Of a stretch of DNA of 64,000 bases, positions 54,725 to 64,000 are shown one piece after another. The DNA comes from a virus, in IMG/VR virus record IMGVR_UViG_3300027896_000024, positions 1 to 64,000 of that record; one strand, 5' to 3'. Each line of letters opens with the position of its first letter. Position 1 is the first letter of the stretch. A model generated the notes under the pieces. That model did not search any database. It saw nothing but the letters and a program-made list of their open reading frames with translations, and was not told where the DNA came from. The translations under genes were made by a program, and so were the position numbers.

Positions 54725-56323
54725 ATGGAGGGAGATACGATTCAAGTGGGGGATGCAACAGTAGAGTCTACTGCGGCCCCGATCGAGATGTCGGTCGCCA
54801 CGCATCATCCGGAATACGACGAGATGTTGGATGAATGGAAAAAGATCAGGGATGTCCTCGAAGGTCAGTCCGCCGTAAAGGAAGCGGGCGAGGACTACTT
54901 GCCCATGCCCGATGGGCAGGATAAGGACGATTACAAGGCGTACAAAGAAAGGGCATTATTCTACGGTGCTGTAAAGCGTACGCTGAACGGCATGACGGGG
55001 ATGGTGTTCATGACTCCGCCTGAAATCGAGAACCAGCCCGAGGAGGATATAGTCCAGCTGATCCTGGACGACATCACGTTCACGGGCGTACCGATGTACG
55101 GGTTCGCAAAGTCAGCGTTCAAGGAAGTGATGGGCATGGGGCGTGTGGGTATCTGGGTGGACATGCCACAGGCAGGCAGTCCCGAGATGCGGCCTTATAT
55201 GGTCATGTACGAAACGGAGAACATCATCAACTGGCGCCGTAAACGAATCAACGGCAAGATGGTCACGACTCTTGTAGTGCTCACGGAAACGTACGAAGAG
55301 CCGTACGAAGAGGACCCGTTTCTCATGAACACCGATTTCCAGTTCCGCGTTCTGTCCCTGGATCAGCCACAGGATGCGGAGGGCAATCCGATCCTGAACG
55401 TGCCGCTGCAGTATACCGTGCGGGTGTATCGTCCGCTGGTGGATGAAAGCACCAAGAAGTCATCGGGCTATCAGTTGTGGGAAGGGCCGATAGTCCCGAC
55501 ACGAAACGGGACGCCTTTGGAGTTCATCCCGTTCGTAATGGTGGGCCCGGATTCGATTACGTTCGATATTCAGTCCAGCCCCATGTTGGACATGGTGGAC
55601 GTAGTCCTGAGTCACTATCAAAACAGTGCAGACCTTGAGAACGCGAGACACTGGTGCGGCCTGCCACAGCCGTACGCGGTGGGCTTTCCCGACCGAGCAG
55701 AGTACAAGATCGGCGGGAACGAGATCTGGGTGTCCACGGATGCCAGCGCGAAGGCAGGGTTCATGGAGTTGACGGGCCAGTCGATGGCTGAACTGCGCTT
55801 AGCCCTGGAAGAGAAGGAAGCGAAGTTAGCCGTGCTGGGTATGCGGTTACTTGAATCCCAAAAGAAAGCGGCCGAACAGCCCGAAGCGTTGCGCCTGAGA
55901 ATGTTGGGTGATTCGAGTGTCCTGCAATCGGTCGCCAGAACGGTGGGCCAGGGAATCACACTAGCTTTGCAATGGGCGTTGCAGTGGGCGATACCGGCAT
56001 CGGCAGCAGATACCATGGTGACATTGAATCAGGATTACGGCGATGAGTCGATGAATGCTCAAGACTTTACGGCCCTGGTCACTATGTGGCAGTCGAACGG
56101 GATCAGCTACCGAACGCTGTATTCGAACTTGACCGCTGCAGGCATTGCGCGTGAGGGTGTTGACGCCGACGAGGAATTGGAAGAGATCCAGATCGAGCAG
56201 GAACAAGCACTTGCCAACGCACCTGTTGCTCCGGAAGAACAGCAGCCGCAGGGGACGGGCGAACTGGGACCTGTTGACACGAATATCGAAATGGATACTG
56301 CAGCAGGTAGCGAGGAGATCTAA
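54725..56323 (+). CDS. Portal protein (DUF4055-type)
   Basis: HPEYDEM...W...YLP...Y..RA.FY, IPFV, HYQNSAD; follows terL. Confidence 0.85.
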   Translation: MEGDTIQVGDATVESTAAPIEMSVATHHPEYDEMLDEWKKIRDVLEGQSAVKEAGEDYLPMPDGQDKDDYKAYKERALFYGAVKRTLNGMTGMVFMTPPEIENQPEEDIVQLILDDITFTGVPMYGFAKSAFKEVMGMGRVGIWVDMPQAGSPEMRPYMVMYETENIINWRRKRINGKMVTTLVVLTETYEEPYEEDPFLMNTDFQFRVLSLDQPQDAEGNPILNVPLQYTVRVYRPLVDESTKKSSGYQLWEGPIVPTRNGTPLEFIPFVMVGPDSITFDIQSSPMLDMVDVVLSHYQNSADLENARHWCGLPQPYAVGFPDRAEYKIGGNEIWVSTDASAKAGFMELTGQSMAELRLALEEKEAKLAVLGMRLLESQKKAAEQPEALRLRMLGDSSVLQSVARTVGQGITLALQWALQWAIPASAADTMVTLNQDYGDESMNAQDFTALVTMWQSNGISYRTLYSNLTAAGIAREGVDADEELEEIQIEQEQALANAPVAPEEQQPQGTGELGPVDTNIEMDTAAGSEEI

Positions 56324-56325
56324 TC

Positions 56326-59300
56326 GTGCCGAAAGAACCTATGTGGAAAACCCTGCAGCGGATTGCTGACAGGGCAGCACCGAAAATGCAGCAAGCGTTT
56401 CTCAAAGCAGCAGCGTCTGCCCAGACCAAAACCAAAATGACTGCGTTAACGGACGCGATCCGTAAAGGGGATTTCGCAAAGGCATGGCAGGCACTGGACT
56501 GGGAGCGTACTGTAAATGCGGAACTAACACCCGAACTGCAACAGGCGCTCCTGGGTATTGTCAAGACTGCGGGCATCGAGACTATGACGGACTTGATACA
56601 AGGGACACCGTCATTTGAATTGATGGAAGCCCCGCAGTCAGTTTACGACTATGTAAACAAGCGGACAGGCGAGTTGATAACGAACATCAATCGGGATACG
56701 TTGATGGGTGTTCGAGACGCCGTGCGGGAGGCATTCTTGATGGGTAAGGGTCTGCCCGCACGGCAAATATTCACAACACTGGAAAACGCTGCGAATATCA
56801 AGGAGTCCCTGGGCCTGAACGCGAAGCAGATGAAAGCGCTCAATAAATACAGGGCTACTCTAAAACAACAGGGCGTCAGTCAACAGGCGTACCAGAAAAT
56901 GACGGATCGTTACAAGACGACCCTGTTGAAGCAGCGTGCTAACACAATTGCCCGGACAGAAACCATACAGGCAGCGTGCGAAGGACAGCGCCAGATCTGG
57001 GAACAAGCAGCGGACGATGGTTCGATTGATGCGAAGCGCTGGGAGGTGGAATGGCTTGTTACTCCCGATGACATCACATGCAAACATTGTATGACCATGC
57101 GGAACAAGCGCCGGCCTATCAAGGGCGTGTACACAGCCGGATTTTTTGCGGGTAAGAAAGGACCTGCTGCGCATCCGAACTGCCGTTGCAGTGAGCGTCT
57201 GGTGGCAAAAAAGGGAATCAAGTTCCCGATGCAGGGCGCACCTGTCATGAACCAAGCTGCGGCCGAAGAGGCGTATGCTGCAGCGAGTGCAGGTGGAACG
57301 GAAATGACCACGCCAATGTACAACGAAGAGGAAATGGCAATCCGGTCCGCCTACGAATACGAAACCGCTTCCGAACTAGGGCTCGCAACACCCGAAGGTG
57401 GATGGCAGTCCCTGGATGTTTCCACGTTTGCGCAGACTCCCGATAGTGTTAATTTGGCATTTACGCAGACCAAGCTCCAGTTATCGAAAACCCGCAGGGA
57501 TCTTCGCAAGATCGATAAAGCGATGAAGGCCGATCCTACGAACTACACGCTCAAGGGACAATGGGCGGACCTGTCAGTCAAGAAAGTCCAGCTGCTCAAG
57601 GAATTCAATCAATACAAGCAGAAGTATCCGGGCGTGAAGCTACTGAGTTCACAGGAAGCCAAGGCCGTAGCGAACAAGTTAATCTCGCCGGAAGCGGAAG
57701 CCAAGTTAGCTGCGATGGCGCCTCCGGGTTATGGCATCAAGGGGCAGCCTGTTATCGCACCAGCCGCACCAACGCCGGCCGCTGTCACGCAAGTGCCCGA
57801 TAAGCCCACGATGCTACCGAACACACCGAAGGAGGGCATGTTTGAGGCGAACAAGTCAGTGACCTGGGCGAAAGGGGATTCACAGGGCGCGGGTTATGTG
57901 CTCAATGGAACGAACCTGCAAGAAGAGCAGTATGGTTTCTGGAAACAGGAATCTGATGTTGATTTAATAGGAGAACCGAAAGTTCCGCCGGTTACGAAAC
58001 AGGGTCAGAAAGTATCCACAGGGGCAGTTGTAGTGGAGCCTGATGGACGTATTTGGGTAGTGGAACCAACAGGGCATTATGGTGGATATGAAAACACGTT
58101 CCCGAAAGGTGGGTGGACTGATAAGAACTTGTCCTTGCAGCAGAACGCGATGAAGGAAGTATTCGAGGAGTTGGGAATTAAGATCAAGATCACTGGTTAT
58201 TTGGGTGATTTCGAGGGTCAGACATCGAACACCCGTTATTACCTTGCGCAACGTACAGGAGGGGCGCCATGGGTACCAGGCAAGGAAAGTCAAGCCGTTA
58301 AACTCATGACTGTAGACGATGCTCAGGGTGCCTTGAACGTAAAGCGCGATCAGGACATACTGGCCAAGGTAAAAACAATCATGGGCAAGGGTGAAGTGTA
58401 CACGATTCCACCGAAACCACAGTCCATGACTCCGGAGGATTATCTGTACACGAAGAACCAGGTGGAAATGCTGAACAGGGATTTAGCTAATCGTGAGTTG
58501 ACCCTGGAAGCGAAAGCTACGGCACTTCACGATTTGGAACACTATCAAAAAGAAATAGCGGGTTACGCTGCGAAGGATGCTGAGGCTGCTGCAAAAACAA
58601 TCGCCGAAGCTCAGGTCCAGACACAGGAAGCGATTGCCAAAACGTTAGCGCAACAGGCAGCGGTTGCAGTCCCGACCCCGTCAATTATTCCTGCGAAGAT
58701 AGGGCCGCCAGTACAGGGCACAGTAAACCTGCCTTCGTACATCGAGGGCTCGGGCAAGATCAGTCCGGGGCAGATACTCAAGGCAAAGAAAGCACTCGCG
58801 GGAAAGACCGTGACGTTGAAGCCGTTTGTACAGGACGTCATCAAGCCAGGGATGTCTATTGCGCAGGCAGAAAAAACGGCATCATTATCCCGCAGAGGAA
58901 TCAGGAAATTCAATAAGGAGCTGTCTATTCTGGAACACGCTGGGATGGACGTGACCGAAGGCAAGATCGTCCTGAAAGAGATGAAGATATTCCACCAGGA
59001 ATTGTTGAAGCAACTGAAAACCTATTCCGCGACGAACGGCAACGTAGTGGGCATGTTGAAGCCTCCAGGACTTCCGTCTATAGTTAAGATATCAGGTATC
59101 CCGAAATCAGTGCCGACCCAAGTATACAGTGCGCCTGTCGCGAAGACTCCGTTGTATGCGACCAAAGTATCGGTAGCACCGGGCGAACAGCTACAAGCCG
59201 AGAAGATGGTGAAAATCGGAGGGCAGAAAGGCAGTAACCCTGGTGGATCATATCGAGATAACCAGGGTCAGGAATGGTACATCAAGCAACCGAAGTCCGA

Positions 59301-62300
59301 GAGCCATGCGAAGAACGAAGTGTTAGCCGGCAAGCTATACGAACTCGCGGGCGTCGACGTTCCACAAATGGAACTAGCCCAGATAAACGGAGTAACGGGT
59401 GTAGCGTCCCGTATGGTGGCGGGTGTCAGCCAAGTGGGCGCTGCTGAAATCGGCAAGCTAGTCGGAACCTATGAGGGATTTGCCACAGATGCCTGGTTAG
59501 CGAACTGGGATGTAGTGGGCTTAGGTTACGATAACCTATTAGCCAAAGCGGGCCAAGCAATTCGCGTTGATACAGGCGGGTCGTTACTATACCGGGCGCA
59601 GGGTACTCTCAAGGGCAGCGCGTTTACGAGTGACGTAAAGGAATTGGAATCGTTGCGGAATTCCTACAAGAACGCGCAATCAGCCAAGGTATTTGAGAAC
59701 ATGACCAAGGAGAAGCTGGTTGCGTCCATGGAGAAGGTCGCAAACATAGTCCGAACTGACATCGAAAAAATGGTCATGCTGTATGGTCCTGGGACGGCTG
59801 CTGAACGCGGGGAGTTAGCGAACAAGCTGTTGAGCCGGCAAACCGACATCAGGAAAAAGATGGACGTCCTGAAGCAGGAAATAGCGGACGAACAGAGGAT
59901 GGCAGCAATCCCGAAAACTCCAATGATGCCGAACCCGCTAAAGACCAAGATGTATTCGAGCCGGCAGCAGTTCTTGAATACCTTGCCCCGTAATGAGGCC
60001 GACTCTCTGGTTAGCTTTATTAAGGACTTCACGGGATCGGGATATACCACGATCAGAGAGTTTCAGAAGTATCGCGATAAGGTCATGCAGCAGTGGGAAA
60101 AGTACTACGACCGAAGTCACGCGACTCGTATGGCGGCTGAGTACGACAAGAACATTTCGAACTATACGAAGATGATTAACTCGACCAAGACTCACGAGGG
60201 CCAAGTATGGCGCGGTCTGCGTAGTGTTCAGAAGTCTGCGGCGAAAGCGAACTACCGTGAGGGCCAGACTATTGAATGGACCCAGTTGACATCGTCCTCG
60301 ACATCGGAATCAAAAGCGCAAGGATTCGGCGATCACGTCCTGTTCCGCATCCAGACCAAGAACAACGGCCAGTTCATCGGGGACATATCATACTATGGGC
60401 GTGAGCAGGAAGTGATGCTGCGGAATAACACGAAGTATCGAGTTATGAAAGTCACGGATGGATACCAGGGCAAATGGTTGTTGATTGACTTACAGGAAGC
60501 AAACGATCTTGAACAAGCCTCGTACAGGTACCTGGTGTCGAAGACGGGTAAACAGGCACTGTCTGAGTTAGCGCAGACCGAATTGCTATTAAAACAGGAT
60601 TTGCAGGATGCAATGTACGCGGGTCAGTTTTCCAAGGCAGCTTCTATACGTAACCAGTTGGGCTCGATCAAGATTCAACGGCGTCAGATTGCGAATATGG
60701 AAAGTACCCGGACTATTGTTGACGAGGCACCTAAGTTAATCAAAACGGAGGTCAGTCTTAAGGGTGTCCCGAAGAGGGTAATAAAGGACTACGATGAGAA
60801 CGTACAACGCTTCAAGACAGCGGAAAAGGATTATCTCAAGTTGAAGGCCAAGTACGACCAGTTCAAGGGATGGGATGTAAAAGAGGACATGCAAATGGCG
60901 CGGGAGCGCATGCAGTATACTCGCAGGGATATTCAAACCGCAGAGGCGGATTATCCTGAACTTAGGAGTTACGGTGCTGCTAGACTCGCGGCAAAGAAAC
61001 CAGTAGTCGGGCCTAAAATAGTCAGCACCGCGCCTGCGGTTCCTGTACCTATAAACAAACCAGTACCAGGTGTAGTGGACTTTATGAACAAGATGCCGTC
61101 CGATCACGCAACCAGCTTCAAGAAATTCATGCAGGAGTATACGGCACAGTCATTTAAACAGTACAGGGAATTCCAGGTAAACCCTGGGCCACAGTTGAAA
61201 GCCTGGACTAAGGTATTCGGGGCGGAGAAGGCCCAGCAACTGGAACTTGAGATGCGTCGTAATTTCGAGTATCTCGATCAAGCCTTCCAAAAGGTGAAGC
61301 TAACACCTGGTGAGTTGTGGCGGGGAATATCAACACCGTTTAGCAAGGTCAAGGATGTCTATACCGAGGGCAACGTAGTTCGGTGGGACCAGATAACGTC
61401 AACGTCCGCCAAGGAAGGTGAGGCGTCCGTATTTATTGAGAATTCCCAGGGCAATGATACCGGATTTCTGTTCAAGATAAAAACTCACACCGGTGGCCTG
61501 GATGTAAACAAGGTCAGCCTCAGCAAAGGGCAGCAGGAGTTTTTATTGCCTCAGGGATTGAGCTTCCGTGTAACCAGGGTGACCCGAGAAGAGGGCATTA
61601 CTACTGTAGAGCTGGAGGAGACTTCGGCGTCTGTATCCGCCAGCGTAGTCAAACAACTAAAACCGACCACGCATCCTGGAGTTAAGGTAGTACCTGCTAA
61701 GAAGGTTCCGAAGGAATATAAGGAACTTGCGGGTTACGCCAAGAATGAGGTGTCCGGCCGCGAGGTTTCCGTCGGTGTCCAGAAACCAACAGAACTAGCC
61801 AAGCTACCAAAGGCAGAGGGTCCCAGTACAGTGAGGCCGGCAGTATTGAAGTCGGACTGGAAGGACACAGCTACACTGGCAAAGGCAAAAGAACAGACTG
61901 CCTCGATGTTCCCGAAAATGGAGTTAAATATTGAGGGCATGGAAACACACGTAGCCAACAAGGTTATGAAACAGATGTCGTCGATCAGTAACGATATTCC
62001 CGAACTCAAGCAATTCGTTAAAGGGATGTCGAATGGTTGGCCGCCACCGGCGGGAGTAAAGCAAACGGCAATGTGCGCCGCAGGCCCTGGTGGGGAGATT
62101 TGGGTGAATCCCCGGGTATTCAATTCGATACAGGGAGAAAAGGAAATCAAAGTAGCGGCCCAGAATAATTGGTCTGTTGCTAGGAACCAACAAGAAGCAA
62201 TCACGCATGAGGTAGGGCACCTAGTAGCGGATATGCTATCGAGGGACCCGTCGATGCGTGCAGCACTTGAGGAATTCATGAACACAGCTCCTGGACGATC

Positions 62301-62442
62301 GAAGTTATCGATGTACGCGGTTTGGGACAAGAAAGAGGCATTCGCAGAGGGCTTTGTACGGATGTACCAAGGCGGAAACGGACCGTATGAAAAAGCGCTG
62401 AAGCGGTTTCTATCAAAAGCGACAGGGAGAAAGTTTATATGA
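56326..62442 (+). CDS. MuF minor head polyvalent protein (MuF + NUDIX + kinase-like + two ADP-ribosyltransferases + zincin)
   Basis: MuF IARTE...C..C...HPNCRC; NUDIX PKGG...KEVFEELG; kinase-like GSNPGG...YIK...NE...NWD...N...RVD; ART WRG...TSSS...EQE and WRG...TSTS...QQE; HEVGH...EAFAE. Confidence 0.85.
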   Translation: MPKEPMWKTLQRIADRAAPKMQQAFLKAAASAQTKTKMTALTDAIRKGDFAKAWQALDWERTVNAELTPELQQALLGIVKTAGIETMTDLIQGTPSFELMEAPQSVYDYVNKRTGELITNINRDTLMGVRDAVREAFLMGKGLPARQIFTTLENAANIKESLGLNAKQMKALNKYRATLKQQGVSQQAYQKMTDRYKTTLLKQRANTIARTETIQAACEGQRQIWEQAADDGSIDAKRWEVEWLVTPDDITCKHCMTMRNKRRPIKGVYTAGFFAGKKGPAAHPNCRCSERLVAKKGIKFPMQGAPVMNQAAAEEAYAAASAGGTEMTTPMYNEEEMAIRSAYEYETASELGLATPEGGWQSLDVSTFAQTPDSVNLAFTQTKLQLSKTRRDLRKIDKAMKADPTNYTLKGQWADLSVKKVQLLKEFNQYKQKYPGVKLLSSQEAKAVANKLISPEAEAKLAAMAPPGYGIKGQPVIAPAAPTPAAVTQVPDKPTMLPNTPKEGMFEANKSVTWAKGDSQGAGYVLNGTNLQEEQYGFWKQESDVDLIGEPKVPPVTKQGQKVSTGAVVVEPDGRIWVVEPTGHYGGYENTFPKGGWTDKNLSLQQNAMKEVFEELGIKIKITGYLGDFEGQTSNTRYYLAQRTGGAPWVPGKESQAVKLMTVDDAQGALNVKRDQDILAKVKTIMGKGEVYTIPPKPQSMTPEDYLYTKNQVEMLNRDLANRELTLEAKATALHDLEHYQKEIAGYAAKDAEAAAKTIAEAQVQTQEAIAKTLAQQAAVAVPTPSIIPAKIGPPVQGTVNLPSYIEGSGKISPGQILKAKKALAGKTVTLKPFVQDVIKPGMSIAQAEKTASLSRRGIRKFNKELSILEHAGMDVTEGKIVLKEMKIFHQELLKQLKTYSATNGNVVGMLKPPGLPSIVKISGIPKSVPTQVYSAPVAKTPLYATKVSVAPGEQLQAEKMVKIGGQKGSNPGGSYRDNQGQEWYIKQPKSESHAKNEVLAGKLYELAGVDVPQMELAQINGVTGVASRMVAGVSQVGAAEIGKLVGTYEGFATDAWLANWDVVGLGYDNLLAKAGQAIRVDTGGSLLYRAQGTLKGSAFTSDVKELESLRNSYKNAQSAKVFENMTKEKLVASMEKVANIVRTDIEKMVMLYGPGTAAERGELANKLLSRQTDIRKKMDVLKQEIADEQRMAAIPKTPMMPNPLKTKMYSSRQQFLNTLPRNEADSLVSFIKDFTGSGYTTIREFQKYRDKVMQQWEKYYDRSHATRMAAEYDKNISNYTKMINSTKTHEGQVWRGLRSVQKSAAKANYREGQTIEWTQLTSSSTSESKAQGFGDHVLFRIQTKNNGQFIGDISYYGREQEVMLRNNTKYRVMKVTDGYQGKWLLIDLQEANDLEQASYRYLVSKTGKQALSELAQTELLLKQDLQDAMYAGQFSKAASIRNQLGSIKIQRRQIANMESTRTIVDEAPKLIKTEVSLKGVPKRVIKDYDENVQRFKTAEKDYLKLKAKYDQFKGWDVKEDMQMARERMQYTRRDIQTAEADYPELRSYGAARLAAKKPVVGPKIVSTAPAVPVPINKPVPGVVDFMNKMPSDHATSFKKFMQEYTAQSFKQYREFQVNPGPQLKAWTKVFGAEKAQQLELEMRRNFEYLDQAFQKVKLTPGELWRGISTPFSKVKDVYTEGNVVRWDQITSTSAKEGEASVFIENSQGNDTGFLFKIKTHTGGLDVNKVSLSKGQQEFLLPQGLSFRVTRVTREEGITTVELEETSASVSASVVKQLKPTTHPGVKVVPAKKVPKEYKELAGYAKNEVSGREVSVGVQKPTELAKLPKAEGPSTVRPAVLKSDWKDTATLAKAKEQTASMFPKMELNIEGMETHVANKVMKQMSSISNDIPELKQFVKGMSNGWPPPAGVKQTAMCAAGPGGEIWVNPRVFNSIQGEKEIKVAAQNNWSVARNQQEAITHEVGHLVADMLSRDPSMRAALEEFMNTAPGRSKLSMYAVWDKKEAFAEGFVRMYQGGNGPYEKALKRFLSKATGRKFI

Positions 62443-62657
62443 CGCAGATGGTTATGCCGATGTGTGCGGTTTGTCAACACGTGAACGCAGCTGGCGAGCA
62501 GTTGACTTGCAAGGCGTTTCCTGAGGGAATTCCGTACGATATATTGTCGAGTGAATTCGATCACAGAAAACCTTATGCCAACGATCATGGCGTACGCTTT
62601 ACTATGAAGCCGGGAAGGACTTATAATTTCCCTATATACCCGACTCCGGTTGAGTAG
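62439..62657 (+). CDS. Small Cys/His protein of a type often found after MuF genes
   Basis: CAVCQH...CKAFPEGIP..I...DH...DHGVRF. Confidence 0.7.
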   Translation: MTQMVMPMCAVCQHVNAAGEQLTCKAFPEGIPYDILSSEFDHRKPYANDHGVRFTMKPGRTYNFPIYPTPVE

Positions 62658-62868
62658 AGAGGATTATATGTCAGCGATAACTCGGAAGGACATCGCAGCT
62701 GCCTTTGATAAAGGTCATTTGAGGGCGACCGAACTTAGCTATCCTTTGGACTGGTACCAGCTCCAAGATGGCATCATAGTTGTGGTGCCCAAGAATCCGC
62801 CTGATTTCAAGTTTTGCGACGACCCGGTTGCCGAGCGAGCCTGGTGGGACCGCTGGACTAAGGAATAA
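62650..62868 (+). CDS. Hypothetical protein
   Basis: ORF coupled to the previous gene. Confidence 0.45.
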   Translation: MSREDYMSAITRKDIAAAFDKGHLRATELSYPLDWYQLQDGIIVVVPKNPPDFKFCDDPVAERAWWDRWTKE

Positions 62869-63003
62869 CCGGGGAGGGACCTGCAGTAAAACCACGAAAA
62901 TCTGCGGTTAGGGCCTGGAGGCAGGGTTTTTCGCCACCGGGACCGTACAATATACCTGTTAGCCATCATAATTCGGCCTAGGGCTCATTATCAGAGGGGT
63001 ATT

Positions 63004-63633
63004 ATGGCAGTCCAGTTTGAAGGAGTAGTAGCAATTCCGACCAGAGGAGCCGTATTGACGGATGTCATGCAAGGGGTAGTCCAGAACATGGTAAATCGCA
63101 TGGTATGTAGCGGCAAGTTTTGGACTATGCGGACGACTACGAAGGACCCGATTCCGGACGCACAGAACAATGTCACCCGGGAATCACTTTTAGTAAATCC
63201 AGATATGATTTGGTACGTCGAGGAGGACACAGTACCGGCACCGGGAGTGCTTGGGAACATGATTCGAATGTGTACCGATGTGGTTGTAGCGGATTATAAC
63301 TTGGAGAAAGGAGAAAAGGCAGTTCATTATCGGGACGGGAAGTTACTATTCGGCGGGCTGGGTTGTATGTTAATCCGGCGTCGAGTTCTTGAACTAATCG
63401 GAGATCCCTGGTTCAGTGTCAAGGCGTATACGATCGTTCCCGATGGTACGTTTGCGAAACAGGGATTCACACCGAAGTATGGTGGACAAGATATATCACT
63501 TTTTGCCAAGCTACAGAAACTGGGTATCAAGGCTCAGTGCGTGACAGAGAGTTATAGGTGCAAGCACCTGCGGATTGACAAGCTGGGAGAACGCGGGACT
63601 AACAACGGACTTCATACGATCCGGGAGTTATAA
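63004..63633 (+). CDS. Glycosyltransferase family 2-like protein
   Basis: VAIPT, VEED, GLGCMLIRRRVLE, GQDISL, KHL. Confidence 0.65.
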   Translation: MAVQFEGVVAIPTRGAVLTDVMQGVVQNMVNRMVCSGKFWTMRTTTKDPIPDAQNNVTRESLLVNPDMIWYVEEDTVPAPGVLGNMIRMCTDVVVADYNLEKGEKAVHYRDGKLLFGGLGCMLIRRRVLELIGDPWFSVKAYTIVPDGTFAKQGFTPKYGGQDISLFAKLQKLGIKAQCVTESYRCKHLRIDKLGERGTNNGLHTIREL

Positions 63634-63905
63634 TGGGTAAGCTAATCGTTCTACAGACCGTCGAGAAGAAGCCAACAGTTGACGAAACGGAACCAGTGAA
63701 GGAGGTGATAGAGGTACTCGAAGAACTCATGGTCATGGCGCAGAAGGGTGAGCTACGCGGAATCGTAGGATTGGCATTGAACACTCGACAAACAGTAGGG
63801 CATATCATCGTGGGCGATATGGACGACAGGGTGTATACGATGGTGGGCGGGCTTGACATACTCAAGGACGAGATCAAGCTTATGTACCTGGAAGCGGAGG
63901 AGTAG
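63633..63905 (+). CDS. Hypothetical protein
   Basis: TAATG coupling; 90 aa. Confidence 0.55.
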   Translation: MGKLIVLQTVEKKPTVDETEPVKEVIEVLEELMVMAQKGELRGIVGLALNTRQTVGHIIVGDMDDRVYTMVGGLDILKDEIKLMYLEAEE

Positions 63906-64000
63906 TGGTGCGGTTGTCTGTAATTATCCCGACTAGGTTACCAGCGTTGCCTATTGACAATGTAACGCTGAGGACTTTGGATAAACAGTACTGGAGGGAA

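Overview
This window is about 64 kb of a large tailed dsDNA phage genome, with almost all genes on the + strand. In order it holds: the end of the tail module with four paralogous genes (1-5 kb); a lysis module plus FN3/dockerin/cohesin-like genes (5.6-9.1 kb); replication genes (initiator-like protein, interrupted DnaB-like helicase, primase, DnaX-like clamp loader, QueC; 9-20.5 kb); and an early transcription unit (sigma70 promoter at 20740, terminator at about 30830-30880). It continues with a SNF2 helicase, a sigma factor, 7-deazaguanine genes (queD, queE, folE, dpdA-like), a beta clamp, a UDG-fused PolA, SSB, RecA, Mre11/Rad50 and NADAR. It ends with terS, terL, portal and a 2038-aa MuF polyvalent protein (MuF, NUDIX, kinase-like, two ART domains, zincin). 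The main finding is in the early unit. It begins with a roughly 650-nt ORF-poor structured leader and is then punctuated by 15 circularly permuted twister-ribozyme motifs, GCA-GAGGG-[P1 hairpin]-U^AA-UGC-[optional P3]-[P4 hairpin, loop UCCCAAG(U/G/C)]. Fourteen of them sit at or within 5 nt of the stop codon of the upstream gene, and the stems and T2 pseudoknot covary between copies. They are predicted to cut the transcript into 14 RNAs (20 genes) with 5'-OH and 2',3'-cyclic-phosphate ends, which are potential circularisation substrates. The last cut would release a small RNA complementary to the ribosome-binding regions of the array. All assignments come from reading motifs by eye; no searches were run.
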